Shown here one piece after another: positions 11,082 through 20,694 of a stretch of 44,204 bases of DNA (position 1 is its first letter; each line of letters opens with the position of its first letter). A model generated the notes under the pieces. It was not told the origin of the DNA, did no database searches, and saw nothing but the letters and a program-made list of their open reading frames with translations. Source of the stretch: a virus (Duplodnaviria; Caudoviricetes); IMG/VR virus record IMGVR_UViG_3300035235_000230, positions 1-44,204 of that record; one strand, 5' to 3'. A program made the position numbers and the translations under genes.

Positions 11082-12456
11082 GGATCTTTTCGTCCAGTGT
11101 ATCAGGCGACACCATATCAATATAGGTAACGGTGTTCTTCTGGCCGATGCGGTGCGCCCTGTCCTCTGATTGCAGGCGTATCTCCAAATCGTAGCTGTTG
11201 CTGAAGTAGATCACAGTCGTTGCGGCGGTCAGGGTAATCCCATAACCGCCCGTCTTTGGTTGGCCCACAAAAAACCGCAGGCGGTCCTCTGGATCTTGAA
11301 AGCGCTCAACAATTTGTTGTCGCTCGTCTTGGGGCGTCTCCCCGTAATAAAGTGCGACTGCTTCGGGCCCAAAGCAGTCGCGCAGGGCAGAATGTATCCG
11401 TTGAATATCGTGGGTGTACGATGCCCAAATTATACATTTTCCCTGAAGCTCTTCCGTAATGCTCATTAGCTCGTCCAGACGGTTACTGTCCAAGCTTCTG
11501 GTTTCTCCTATGTCAGGAGTGAAATGCCCACAGCATATTTGCTGCAAGCGCATAATCTGTGTCAGGACACTGGTAGTCGTGGCTAACTCTCCGTTGTCCA
11601 ATTGGGCCAAAGCCATGTCCTTCATCTGGTTATACAGTTTTCCCTGTTCCGCCGTGAGAGGCACGTAACGCTTCGTGTAAAGCTTTTCGGGTAGGTCTAG
11701 GCATTCTGACTTCAATATGCGCGTACTGAAGCCTGTCAGGCGCTCGTTAAGCTCTTCTAAGCGTCTATACCCCACAATCTCTTGGAACGAGCGGTGACCC
11801 ATCTTCTGTTGGCGTACTACAGCATACCTGTTCTGAAAAGCAAAGTAACTATTATAGCCCAAGGCCATTGGGGCCAAGAACGAACACTGGCTGAACAAAT
11901 CCATAGGGCTCTTTGTAATGGGAGATCCTGTCAGGATGCGGCGGTACTTGGCAAACTTTTGCAGAACTTGCAGGTTTTTTGTACGCGCTGCCTTGCGGTT
12001 CTTAATCGTAGTGCTTTCATCCACCACCATCATATTGTTTGGGTTTTGTACAAGGAACCGCCCCGCAGTCTTCGCTCCCCGCTGCGTAGAAAAGGCTTCG
12101 ACATTCATTACAAAAATCTTCAAACCATCATAGTCTTCCATGATGAACTCTTCTAGCATGGCCATGTAAGTTTTCGTGGTCTTTGGATCCCAACGCACGA
12201 TGCTACTCTTAATGCTCTCCGGTAGATGCGCGGGGAACTCACCCTTCACCCAGTTATCGTACACACCCTTTGGAGCTATGACCAAAGCAGCGTCCAGTTC
12301 ACCCTGCTCATAAAGAAGTCCAATGTTATCAATGGCTACCTTGGATTTACCTGTACCCATCTCCATAAACAAAGCATAATACTCCGCGGCCCACGATTCG
12401 TTGAGCGCATCCGCTTGGTGTTTAAAAGGTTTTGTTTTAAAGTTGTAGTTCTGCAT
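11008..12456 (-). CDS. SNF2-family (SF2) helicase
   Basis: MEMGTGKS, VDES, LTGSP, GYGITLT and QSEDRAHRIGQ motifs. Start moved to ATG 12456, which has an AAGGAG RBS. Confidence 0.92.
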   Translation of the reverse strand: MQNYNFKTKPFKHQADALNESWAAEYYALFMEMGTGKSKVAIDNIGLLYEQGELDAALVIAPKGVYDNWVKGEFPAHLPESIKSSIVRWDPKTTKTYMAMLEEFIMEDYDGLKIFVMNVEAFSTQRGAKTAGRFLVQNPNNMMVVDESTTIKNRKAARTKNLQVLQKFAKYRRILTGSPITKSPMDLFSQCSFLAPMALGYNSYFAFQNRYAVVRQQKMGHRSFQEIVGYRRLEELNERLTGFSTRILKSECLDLPEKLYTKRYVPLTAEQGKLYNQMKDMALAQLDNGELATTTSVLTQIMRLQQICCGHFTPDIGETRSLDSNRLDELMSITEELQGKCIIWASYTHDIQRIHSALRDCFGPEAVALYYGETPQDERQQIVERFQDPEDRLRFFVGQPKTGGYGITLTAATTVIYFSNSYDLEIRLQSEDRAHRIGQKNTVTYIDMVSPDTLDEKILTALKSKVNLAETVLGEEARQWFQ

Positions 12457-12466
12457 CTTTTTCTCC

Positions 12467-12507
12467 TTGACTATGGGATAAGATACAAATATATGGGAAT
12501 ATGTCAA
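12467..12507. promoter_or_regulatory. Overlapping divergent sigma70-like promoters
   Basis: TTGACT at 12467 (+) and TTGACA at 12502-12507 (-) lie between the divergent genes, with two TATGGGA boxes between them. Confidence 0.6.
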
Positions 12508-12552
12508 GGCTCGTAAAAGGAGTCTTTAACCACGAAAAACGGAACATGAAAC

Positions 12553-13134
12553 ATGAATGATATATCTGAACTAATGGAAGCGGACTTTGAGTCCACCTTC
12601 GCAAACCCTCTAGAAAAAACCAATTACTCAGCTTTGTCCACAGTGTCAAAGTTGGCTCGTGCTATCAAGGCCAAAGAGCAGGAAGTCCAGTCACTGGATG
12701 ACCAGCTTAAACTTGCCAAAAAAGAATTGCTCAAGTTGACAGATGAAGAATTGCCTGCCTCTATGGCAGAGGTGGGTCTTGCATCATTCACCTTGGACGA
12801 TGGTTCGGAAGTAAACATCAAGCCAACGTATGGTGCTTCGATTTTAGTAAAGAACCGTGAAGCCGCTTACGAGTGGCTACGCGATAATGGCTATGACGAT
12901 ATTATAAAGAACACAGTTTCTTGTAGTTTCGGAAGAGGCGAAGACGACAAGGCTTCGGCCTTTAAGGCTTTTGCTTCGAATGAAGGTTATTTGGCGGAAC
13001 AAGCCACGGGTATTCACTCTTCAACCCTTCGGGCGTTTGTCAAAGAACGTGTCGAAAACGGAGATGAATTTCCAATGGATTTATTTGGGGCGTATGTAGC
13101 ACAACGCGCTGTTATTAAGAGAGGGAAAGCCTAA
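12553..13134 (+). CDS. Conserved phage replication-module protein (193 aa)
   Basis: N-terminal coiled coil, WLRDNGYDDIIK and STLRAFVKE. First gene of the replication operon. Confidence 0.65.
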   Translation: MNDISELMEADFESTFANPLEKTNYSALSTVSKLARAIKAKEQEVQSLDDQLKLAKKELLKLTDEELPASMAEVGLASFTLDDGSEVNIKPTYGASILVKNREAAYEWLRDNGYDDIIKNTVSCSFGRGEDDKASAFKAFASNEGYLAEQATGIHSSTLRAFVKERVENGDEFPMDLFGAYVAQRAVIKRGKA

Positions 13135-13907
13135 TGGGTAAAGTTGCTAAGAAAAACGAAACAAATGTCGTAGAGTTCGATATCTCTATGATGGAAGCCG
13201 ACGCAAGCGTTGGTGTTTCAAACATGGGCCAAGACGATCTGGCCCTGCCGTTCCTAAAAATCTTGTCAGGGTTGGACCCCTTGCTAGATGAGTTAGATGA
13301 AGCCAAACGCGGTGACCTATACAACACCGTCAGCGGTCAAATCTACAAAGGGAAAGAGGGAGTACTTTTGATCCCTTGTGCCTACCAACGTAGGTTTATC
13401 CAATGGGCTCCACGGGGCGCAGGAACTGGGGCACCTATCGCTATCTTTGACACGGCGCAGGATTGCCCAAAGACAGAGCGCAGCAAAGACGATAACAAAG
13501 ATTACGTTGTCGGCGGTGACGGCTCTTACATCGAAGAAACTCATCAACATTTTGTAATACTGGTGAACGAGGATGGTTCGGCGGAAACGGCGCTTATCGC
13601 CATGAAGTCAACCATGCTTAAGAAAAGCCGCAAGTGGAATAGTATGATTGCGTCCGCTACGGTGCAGGGCAAGAACGGTCCATTCACTCCACCGCGCTTT
13701 GGTTTTATCTATCGCGCAAAAACAGTGATGGAAGAAAACAGCAAAGGCAGTTGGCACAACTGGGAAATCTCGCGAGAGAAACAGGTGGACGATGCCGCGC
13801 TGTATGTTCGGGCAAAAGACTTTTCTACAACCATCGACAGCGGTGATGTTGTGGTCAAGCACCAGAACGAAGAGGCGCAGAACAAGTCGGACGACGTTCC
13901 ATTTTAA
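13134..13907 (+). CDS. Putative single-stranded DNA-binding/annealing protein
   Basis: Acidic C-terminal tail DDVPF typical of SSBs, beta-rich core, directly upstream of the primase. Confidence 0.6.
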   Translation: MGKVAKKNETNVVEFDISMMEADASVGVSNMGQDDLALPFLKILSGLDPLLDELDEAKRGDLYNTVSGQIYKGKEGVLLIPCAYQRRFIQWAPRGAGTGAPIAIFDTAQDCPKTERSKDDNKDYVVGGDGSYIEETHQHFVILVNEDGSAETALIAMKSTMLKKSRKWNSMIASATVQGKNGPFTPPRFGFIYRAKTVMEENSKGSWHNWEISREKQVDDAALYVRAKDFSTTIDSGDVVVKHQNEEAQNKSDDVPF

Positions 13908-13913
13908 TGCAAC

Positions 13914-13938
13914 GGGCGGCGCAAGCCGCCCACCTTTT
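13914..13938 (+). terminator. Hairpin / weak intrinsic terminator between SSB and primase
   Basis: GGGCGGC-GCAA-GCCGCCC followed by ACCTTTT. Confidence 0.55.
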
Positions 13939-13949
13939 CTGAGGTATCA

Positions 13950-15488
13950 ATGTCTGTCCAACAATTCTCAGCCATCTTTGATGGCCTGCAAGAGGCATAC
14001 GGCACTTATCGCGTAGATAAAAAGCAGGCTAACGGGAAAAATACTGGCAAAGCACAAATCATTCGGGAGCCACGCTCCGCGAAGCTATGGCGGGAGCATC
14101 TTTCTGGTAAAGGTGCCTCAATGGGTATCATCCCCATCAACGCCGAAAACAAATGCAAGTGGGGTTGCGTAGACGTAGACCAATATCCCCTTGATCACAA
14201 ATTACTGGTAGAAAAGGTCCGCAGGCTTAAGCTGCCTCTGGTGGTATGCCGTTCCAAATCAGGCGGGGCGCACTGCTTTCTGTTCTCTATCGAATGGGTC
14301 GAAGCTTCTGATATGCAGAAGGCCCTGCAAAATATTGCCGCGGCCCTTGGCTATGGCGGTAGTGAAATCTTTCCAAAGCAAGTAAAGCTGCACCTTGATC
14401 GTGGAGACGTCGGTAACTTTCTTAACCTACCGTACTACGACGCAGAAGAGGGGCTACGCTACGCTATCTTAGATGACGGCACCTCTGGTACTCTGGAAGA
14501 GTTTTTGGCGCTGTACGAGGCGCATAAGCAAACACCGGAACAGATCGTCAATCTGCAAGTAACGCAGGAAAACGATAGCGAGGCCTTTGCCAACGGTCCG
14601 CCGTGCCTCAAAGCCTTAGCTCGTATCAAGATATCAGAGGGTGGGCGCAACAACGGCCTGTTCAACGTTGGTGTATATCTGCGTAAGGCGCACCCTGACA
14701 CGTGGGAAACAGAAATCCTGCGCTATAACAACGATTACTTTGAGCCGCCTCTGCCTCTTAACGAAGTTAACGTGGTCGCCAAGCAAGTGCAGCGCAAAGA
14801 ATATGCTTACAAGTGTAATGATGCGCCCATCAATGCTTACTGCAATAAGGATCTATGCCGTACCCAACGGTTTGGTATCGGAGCCGCAGCGTCAGGAGTT
14901 CCCGTAGCAAACCTGCGCAAGTATAACTCCACGCCACCTGTGTGGTTCTTGGACGTCAACGGTGAACCCTTAGAGCTAGACACAGATGGTCTAATGAACC
15001 AACCCTCGTTCCAACGGGCCTGCATGGAGCAACTTAATCTCATGCCGCACACTGTAGCCAAACCGCAGTGGGAAGGACGGATAAGTTCCCTACTACGCGA
15101 AATGGCAGAGAATGACAGTGCCATTGTCGAGGTCGCACAAGATGCCAGTATCAACGGGCAGTTCTACGATTATCTGGAAGAGTTCTGCGTCTTACTGCAA
15201 ACCGCGCAAGACAAGGAAGAAATCTTACTTCGCCGCCCGTGGACAGATGACGAAGAGCAAATGACTTACTTCCGTCTGAAAGACTTCGAAGCCTTTCTAA
15301 AAAAGAATAAGTTCTTTGAACTCAAGTCGCACAAGATTGCTCAACGCCTACGGGACATTAACGGCGAAAGCATGTTGCTTAAAATCAAAGGTCGGCCTGT
15401 CCGCGTATGGAAGATCCCTGCTTTTGACAACGGTGACGTTGAACTGGCCACTCCAATCTTTGCTGCAAAAGGTGAGGCACCCTTCTGA
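13950..15488 (+). CDS. Archaeo-eukaryotic-type primase with PriCT-like domain
   Basis: DVD (GCVDVD) and RSKSGGAH catalytic motifs, PPC...EGGRNNGLF PriCT-like segment. No fused Walker A is visible. Confidence 0.75.
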   Translation: MSVQQFSAIFDGLQEAYGTYRVDKKQANGKNTGKAQIIREPRSAKLWREHLSGKGASMGIIPINAENKCKWGCVDVDQYPLDHKLLVEKVRRLKLPLVVCRSKSGGAHCFLFSIEWVEASDMQKALQNIAAALGYGGSEIFPKQVKLHLDRGDVGNFLNLPYYDAEEGLRYAILDDGTSGTLEEFLALYEAHKQTPEQIVNLQVTQENDSEAFANGPPCLKALARIKISEGGRNNGLFNVGVYLRKAHPDTWETEILRYNNDYFEPPLPLNEVNVVAKQVQRKEYAYKCNDAPINAYCNKDLCRTQRFGIGAAASGVPVANLRKYNSTPPVWFLDVNGEPLELDTDGLMNQPSFQRACMEQLNLMPHTVAKPQWEGRISSLLREMAENDSAIVEVAQDASINGQFYDYLEEFCVLLQTAQDKEEILLRRPWTDDEEQMTYFRLKDFEAFLKKNKFFELKSHKIAQRLRDINGESMLLKIKGRPVRVWKIPAFDNGDVELATPIFAAKGEAPF

Positions 15489-17005
15489 TGTTTAGAATAT
15501 TTGGACCGCCCGGAACGGGCAAGACCACTACGCTACTAAATATGGTAGACAAAGCTTTGGAAGCAGGCACCCCACCACAATCCATAGGGTTCTTGGCCTT
15601 TACCCGCAAAGCGGCAACAGAAGCAAAGGAACGCGCTGCGGCGCGTTTTCGTTTGGACCCACAAAAGGATCTGCAATACTTCCGCACCCTGCACAGCTTT
15701 GCACTCTCTTTGTCAGGCATTCGTCCAGAACAAATTATGCAACCTGAGAACTACAAAGAACTTAGCGAAGCAATGGGCATCAAACTGGAGACAGGTCGCG
15801 TCAATCAATTAGAAGAAGACGTCCAAGATGCTGTCAAAGCCAGTGACCCCATCCTTGGGCTCATCAACCTCGCGAGGCTGAAGAAGACTTCTTTGCGTAA
15901 GGAGTACAACCTTAGCAGCCTGCAACACGATTGGAACACCGTCAACCATGTGGACCGCTCGCTGCGCTCTTACAAACACGAAAGCGGCCTTTATGACTTC
16001 ACCGATATGCTGCAAGGTTTTATCGACAAAGGACACCAGTTCTGCCCGCGCTTTAACCTGTGTTTTGTAGACGAAGCACAAGACTTATCTCCCATGCAGT
16101 GGGATATTGCCCATCTGATAGAAGCCAAAACCAAGCAGATGTATTGCGCAGGGGACGATGACCAAGCCATATATAAATGGGCAGGGGCCGACGTCGAACA
16201 CTTCCTTGGACTGGACGGTGGATCAGAAACGCTCAAACAATCCTACCGTATACCCGCAAGCGTTCACCGCGTAGCAGAAACAATCGCCCGCCGCATCCAT
16301 CACCGTTACCCCAAGATATACAAACCACGCGAAGAAGAAGGCCAATGCCGACGCGTGGCGCAAGTCGGGGAACTGGACATGAGCGACGGCTCGTGGCTCA
16401 TACTCGCACAAGCGGGATACCAACTACAGCCCGTGGCAACAGACCTACGGTCCTTTGGTTATCTGTACGAATATCGCGGCTCACGGTCCATTGGTCAAAA
16501 ACTAAGTGACGCTGTAAACGGGTGGACTGACCTGCAACGCGGTAAGGAAATACCTATCGACACAGCCCGAAACATCTATAGCTTTATGTCCACAGGGAAA
16601 CGCGTGGCAAGGGGGTATAAGAAAATCAAAGGAGTTCCAGATGACGAACTGGTTAACATCGACGATCTGCAAATATCCCACGGCCTTATAGCCACAAAGG
16701 ATATGATTTGGTCTGAAGCAATGGACCGCATTGCAGATAAAGACCGCGCCTACGTGACAGCATTGCTGCGCCGCGGAGAAAAGTTCAACGGCGTTCCCCG
16801 CATTGTAGTGTCCACGATCCACGGTTCAAAAGGTGGAGAGGCGGACAACGTTGTACTGTTTACGGACCTGTCCCCCGCTGCGGACAGTACCATGCGAATT
16901 GCACCCGACGATGTTCATCGTGTTTTCTACGTCGGCGTGACACGAACAAGGAAGAACTTGTATTTGGTGGAGCCTGAAGACGCGACAAGGAGTTATGATA
17001 TATGA
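15488..17005 (+). CDS. UvrD/Rep-like superfamily 1 helicase
   Basis: GPPGTGKT, AFTRKAA, DEAQD, GDDDQAIY, STIHGSKGGE and FYVGVTR motifs. Confidence 0.93.
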   Translation: MFRIFGPPGTGKTTTLLNMVDKALEAGTPPQSIGFLAFTRKAATEAKERAAARFRLDPQKDLQYFRTLHSFALSLSGIRPEQIMQPENYKELSEAMGIKLETGRVNQLEEDVQDAVKASDPILGLINLARLKKTSLRKEYNLSSLQHDWNTVNHVDRSLRSYKHESGLYDFTDMLQGFIDKGHQFCPRFNLCFVDEAQDLSPMQWDIAHLIEAKTKQMYCAGDDDQAIYKWAGADVEHFLGLDGGSETLKQSYRIPASVHRVAETIARRIHHRYPKIYKPREEEGQCRRVAQVGELDMSDGSWLILAQAGYQLQPVATDLRSFGYLYEYRGSRSIGQKLSDAVNGWTDLQRGKEIPIDTARNIYSFMSTGKRVARGYKKIKGVPDDELVNIDDLQISHGLIATKDMIWSEAMDRIADKDRAYVTALLRRGEKFNGVPRIVVSTIHGSKGGEADNVVLFTDLSPAADSTMRIAPDDVHRVFYVGVTRTRKNLYLVEPEDATRSYDI

Positions 17006-17319
17006 AAGTCTTCGAAGAGAAGTTGGGCCAAGCTATGGCCAAACTAGCTATCGTTGAAAATGCACGAGCCCGAAAAACTTGGGGGAACATGAACGCGTAC
17101 AGCGCGGAGAAAAATCAAAAAAACGCATACAAAGGGGGCAGGCCAAAGTCCGAAAAGTCTTTAAGGCCGCTTAACCCCACTGCTCGCATGGTCGATAAGA
17201 TGCTGAAAAATGGTTTGAATTGTGTTGAGATTGCAGATGTTTTAGACAAACACCCTGACACGGTGCGCGATATTAAATCGCGTTATGAATTACCACGGGA
17301 AGAAAAAAATGAAACGTGA
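17002..17319 (+). CDS. Small helix-turn-helix protein
   Basis: GLNCVEIADVLDKHPDTVRDIK HTH pattern. ATGA overlap with the helicase stop. Confidence 0.6.
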   Translation: MKVFEEKLGQAMAKLAIVENARARKTWGNMNAYSAEKNQKNAYKGGRPKSEKSLRPLNPTARMVDKMLKNGLNCVEIADVLDKHPDTVRDIKSRYELPREEKNET

Positions 17320-17560
17320 TGAAATTCTTGAGACAGCACAGTCTCTTATTAATGGCGAGCGAGCTTCCGAATACGGTGACGCAAAACAGAACTTCCAAGA
17401 TATCGCAGACCTCTGGTCCGTCTTTCTGGGTCGCCCGACAACGCGCCAAGAAGTGGCCGTCTGCATGGTCTTGGTAAAATCAGCACGGCTGATGAAATCC
17501 AACAAAGAGGACTCATGGGTGGATATCTGTGGGTATGCGGCTTTAGGAGGAGAGCAATGA
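17309..17560 (+). CDS. DUF6378-like phage protein (nucleotide-hydrolase-like helical fold)
   Basis: ILETAQSLINGERASEYG...DSWVDICGYAALG pattern. Start placed at ATG 17309. Confidence 0.7.
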   Translation: MKRDEILETAQSLINGERASEYGDAKQNFQDIADLWSVFLGRPTTRQEVAVCMVLVKSARLMKSNKEDSWVDICGYAALGGEQ

Positions 17561-19449
17561 GCCTACAGATGGCAATGTTCACACCGGAGAATGAATGGGT
17601 TCCGCCCAGTGAACTTCCTGATCTTACTGGTGCCAAGCGCATTGCTATAGATTTAGAAACAAAAGACCCAAACCTAAAGAATGCGGGCCCCGGATGGGCC
17701 ACCGGAGACGGTGAGGTAGTAGGTTATGCCGTTGCCACAGAGAACTGGAGCGGCTACATTCCTATTAGACATTTCGGCGGCGGGAACATATGCGAAAAAC
17801 AAGCCAATCGTTGGTTAAAAAAAGTTTTCGAAAGTCCCGCAGAAAAAATCATGCACAATGCTCAATACGACGTTGGATGGGCACGGCGCATGGGTTTTAC
17901 CGTAAATGGCAAAGTAATCGACACTATGGTCATAGCATCCCTGCTCGACGAAAACAGGTTTAGCTACACGCTTAACTCTCTGTCGTTTGACCATCTGGGC
18001 AAAGTTAAATCCGAAAAGCAACTGATCGAAGCTGCAAAAGCATTTGGCGTGGACCCCAAAGCAGAAATGTGGAAGCTGCCCGCCATGTTCGTCGGACCCT
18101 ATGCAGAGGCAGACGCAGAACTCGCACTGGAACTCTATAACTATTTCTCCGTAGAAGTTTCTAAAGACGGCCTGTCAAACATCGTGGACGTCGAAACACG
18201 GCTCCTGCCCTGCTTGGTGGACATGACTTGGCGCGGCGTCAGAGTAGATACGGATAAAGCAGAGCGCACACGCAATGCATTGCTCAAGCGCGAGAAAGAA
18301 ATTTTAAAAAAGATTAAGTCCACCGTGGGCTTTGACGTCGAGATATGGGCCGCACAGTCTATAGCCAAAGCTTTCGACGAAGCATCTCTCCCCTACGAGC
18401 GCACAGAAAAAGGTCAGCCATCCTTCACTAAAGGGTTTCTCTCTGACCACCCGTCAGAACTGGCGCAGCTTATCGTGCAAGCCCGTAACCTTAACAAAAC
18501 CTCTGGAACGTTTATCAACACCATCCTCAAACATTGCCGCTCAGATGGTCGTATCCACGCTCACATAAATCAAATCCGCTCTGACGATGGCGGCACGGTC
18601 AGTGGGCGCATATCCATGAACCATCCCAACCTTCAGCAAATCCCTGCACGGGATCCAGAGCTAGGCCCCATGATCCGCAGCCTCTTCCTACCAGAAGAAG
18701 GCGAGCAGTGGGCAGCAATTGACTTCTCGCAACAAGAACCGCGGATCTTGGTTCACTACGCGCACCTGTTTGGTGAACAGAGAGGTCGTCCTCTCAAAGG
18801 CGCAAAAGAATTTGTAGATAGCTACAACGAAGATAGCAGCACAGACTTCCACACGATGGTCGCAGAGATGGCGCAAATCCCACGCAAACAGGCCAAGACA
18901 ATCAACCTTGGCATGATGTACGGCATGGGCGTGGCAAAGCTCGCGGACCAATTAGATATTCCTGTGGACGAAGCCAAGGGTCTGGTTTCTCAGTACCATG
19001 ACCGTGTGCCTTTTGTGAAAGGTCTGATGCACGGGGTGATGAACAGGCTAAACGAGAAGGACAGTCGCGGGGCGCTGCGCTCGCTTCTGGGCAGGAAATT
19101 ACGCTTTCCGTTATGGGAGCCCGACACATTTGCCATGAACAAGGCGCTGCCATACGAGGAAGCCGTGAAAACATATGGCGACACAACACGCTTAAAACGC
19201 GCTTACACATACAAAGCCTTGAACCGTTTAATTCAAGCGTCCGCCGCGGACATGACCAAGCAGTCTATGGTCAACATATATGAAAGCGGACGTATCCCTT
19301 TGATACAAATCCACGATGAAATTGCCATGTCAGTAACAGACAGAGATGATGCAAAAAAGGTTGCACAGATGATGCAAAGTGCTGTACCATTAAGTGTACC
19401 TAGCCTGTGTGACGTCGAAGTAGGCCCATCTTGGGGTGAAGCCGTCTAG
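17557..19449 (+). CDS. polA: Family A DNA polymerase with 3'-5' exonuclease domain
   Basis: Exonuclease DLET, HNAQYD, YAEAD. Polymerase motifs DFSQQEPR, KTINLGMMYG and QIHDE. Start at ATG 17557 overlapping the upstream stop. Confidence 0.95.
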   Translation: MSLQMAMFTPENEWVPPSELPDLTGAKRIAIDLETKDPNLKNAGPGWATGDGEVVGYAVATENWSGYIPIRHFGGGNICEKQANRWLKKVFESPAEKIMHNAQYDVGWARRMGFTVNGKVIDTMVIASLLDENRFSYTLNSLSFDHLGKVKSEKQLIEAAKAFGVDPKAEMWKLPAMFVGPYAEADAELALELYNYFSVEVSKDGLSNIVDVETRLLPCLVDMTWRGVRVDTDKAERTRNALLKREKEILKKIKSTVGFDVEIWAAQSIAKAFDEASLPYERTEKGQPSFTKGFLSDHPSELAQLIVQARNLNKTSGTFINTILKHCRSDGRIHAHINQIRSDDGGTVSGRISMNHPNLQQIPARDPELGPMIRSLFLPEEGEQWAAIDFSQQEPRILVHYAHLFGEQRGRPLKGAKEFVDSYNEDSSTDFHTMVAEMAQIPRKQAKTINLGMMYGMGVAKLADQLDIPVDEAKGLVSQYHDRVPFVKGLMHGVMNRLNEKDSRGALRSLLGRKLRFPLWEPDTFAMNKALPYEEAVKTYGDTTRLKRAYTYKALNRLIQASAADMTKQSMVNIYESGRIPLIQIHDEIAMSVTDRDDAKKVAQMMQSAVPLSVPSLCDVEVGPSWGEAV

Positions 19450-19490
19450 TCATGTTAGTTCTGCTCATGGACAGATCGCCTGTCTTAACT

Positions 19491-19528
19491 CCCGTCCATT
19501 AGGTTTCGCACTGTTGGACGGGTTTTTT
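19491..19528 (+). terminator. Intrinsic terminator after the polymerase
   Basis: CCCGTCCA...TGGACGGG stem followed by TTTTTT. Confidence 0.6.
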
Positions 19529-19584
19529 CCTTGCTCTCCCCCATAACATCCTATATTGTTGGTTAAAACTAGAGAGGTTCACAT

Positions 19585-19731
19585 ATGGATACCGATAAAT
19601 GGAAAAGCGTTCTTGTCCCAATTGAGGTGTACAAGGAAATTAAAGCGCTCTCACAGACAGAGGGTCGTACAATTAGCGGTCAATTGCGAATCATCTTTGA
19701 GGCATACAAGCGCGAACAAGAAAACGCTTGA
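19585..19731 (+). CDS. Ribbon-helix-helix (Arc/CopG-like) DNA-binding protein, 48 aa; absent from the ORF track
   Basis: Translated by hand: MDTDKWKSVLVPIEVYKEIKALSQTEGRTISGQLRIIFEAYKREQENA. Strand-helix-GRT-helix pattern, GAGG RBS upstream. Confidence 0.75.
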   Translation: MDTDKWKSVLVPIEVYKEIKALSQTEGRTISGQLRIIFEAYKREQENA

Positions 19732-19812
19732 CTTATCCCATACACTTCTATATTCAGGGCATACCTCATAAAAGATTTGATTGCGCCCTGAAGTTTACTT
19801 TGGGGCGTTTTC

Positions 19813-20052
19813 ATGTCTAGCCAAGACGATTATCTTATCGCGCTTAAAGAAACTAATAAATTTATTGACGATATGATGGACACGGACCTCGACGCAGGGG
19901 CCGCGTATACAGGCATTATTACCGCCGCCGTCTTCCGCCTACTAAAAGGTTGTACCGATAAACAAGATGCAACAGGCATTATCGGTGCCGCAATGGCCTC
20001 GGCCAGCGCACATGTAGAGATGGAAGAAGGGGTTTTATCAGATATTCACTAA
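19813..20052 (+). CDS. Hypothetical protein (79 aa)
   Basis: Clean ORF behind a TTGACT promoter at 19728. Confidence 0.6.
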   Translation: MSSQDDYLIALKETNKFIDDMMDTDLDAGAAYTGIITAAVFRLLKGCTDKQDATGIIGAAMASASAHVEMEEGVLSDIH

Positions 20053-20057
20053 GGGTA

Positions 20058-20087
20058 TTGACATTATCCTATACCCTCGCATATACT
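20058..20087 (+). promoter_or_regulatory. Sigma70-like promoter for the RAMP gene and array
   Basis: TTGACA (20058-63), 18-nt spacer, TATACT (20082-87). The spacer carries TCCTATA and TCGCATA boxes. Confidence 0.75.
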
Positions 20088-20124
20088 CCTTTACGTTAAC
20101 AACGCTAACCAAAGGAAAAAAGAT

Positions 20125-20685
20125 ATGCGGAATGTTAGAGTACACTTTGAAGGCATCGCCCCTTACAGCCAATCTAAAATGCACGAGGAGCCCAAGCTCC
20201 CCAAAGAAACTGCCGACGCCTACGAAACAAGAACGTGGCGTTCTAAATGCACCGTCGATAAAGACGGCAACATTATTATCCCCGCGATGGCTATCAAGTT
20301 CAGCCTGTCCGCCGCAGCCAAAAAACTAGGAACACAAATTCCGGGCCGCGGTAAATCAACCTATACAAAATACTTTGAAGCGGACGTCGTACCGCTCAAC
20401 GATCCCAAGCTTGATACCAAGCAAGATAAAGTCAGAGGGGAACGCCTCAACGTTAACTCTGATGGCGTCAGAGGATCAGGTAAGCGCGTCTGGCGCACCT
20501 TCCCTGTCGTGGACACAGGATACAAGTCTTACATTGATTTTATGATTATGGATGACACCATCACCAAAGATGTATTCGAAGAGGTGTTCTACGCCGCGGG
20601 ATCAGGTATCGGCATTGGTCGCTTCCGCCCAGAAAAAGGTGGAACTAACGGTCGCTTCCGCGCCGTAAAGTTTGACTGGCAATAA
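20125..20685 (+). CDS. Stand-alone Cas7/RAMP-like RNA-binding protein (Vipr-like)
   Basis: N-terminal strand ending GIAP, IIIPAMAIKFSL (compare RAMP IPGSSLKG), thumb-like NVNSDGVRGSGKRVWRTFP, and C-terminal glycine-rich loop GIGIGRFRPEKGGTNGRF. AAGGA RBS. Confidence 0.75.
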   Translation: MRNVRVHFEGIAPYSQSKMHEEPKLPKETADAYETRTWRSKCTVDKDGNIIIPAMAIKFSLSAAAKKLGTQIPGRGKSTYTKYFEADVVPLNDPKLDTKQDKVRGERLNVNSDGVRGSGKRVWRTFPVVDTGYKSYIDFMIMDDTITKDVFEEVFYAAGSGIGIGRFRPEKGGTNGRFRAVKFDWQ

Positions 20686-20694
20686 GTTTATCAT

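Noticed and set aside
19556-19771. 71-aa ORF from the track
   Set aside because: Wrong frame. The RBS-supported ATG at 19585 gives a recognisable RHH protein.
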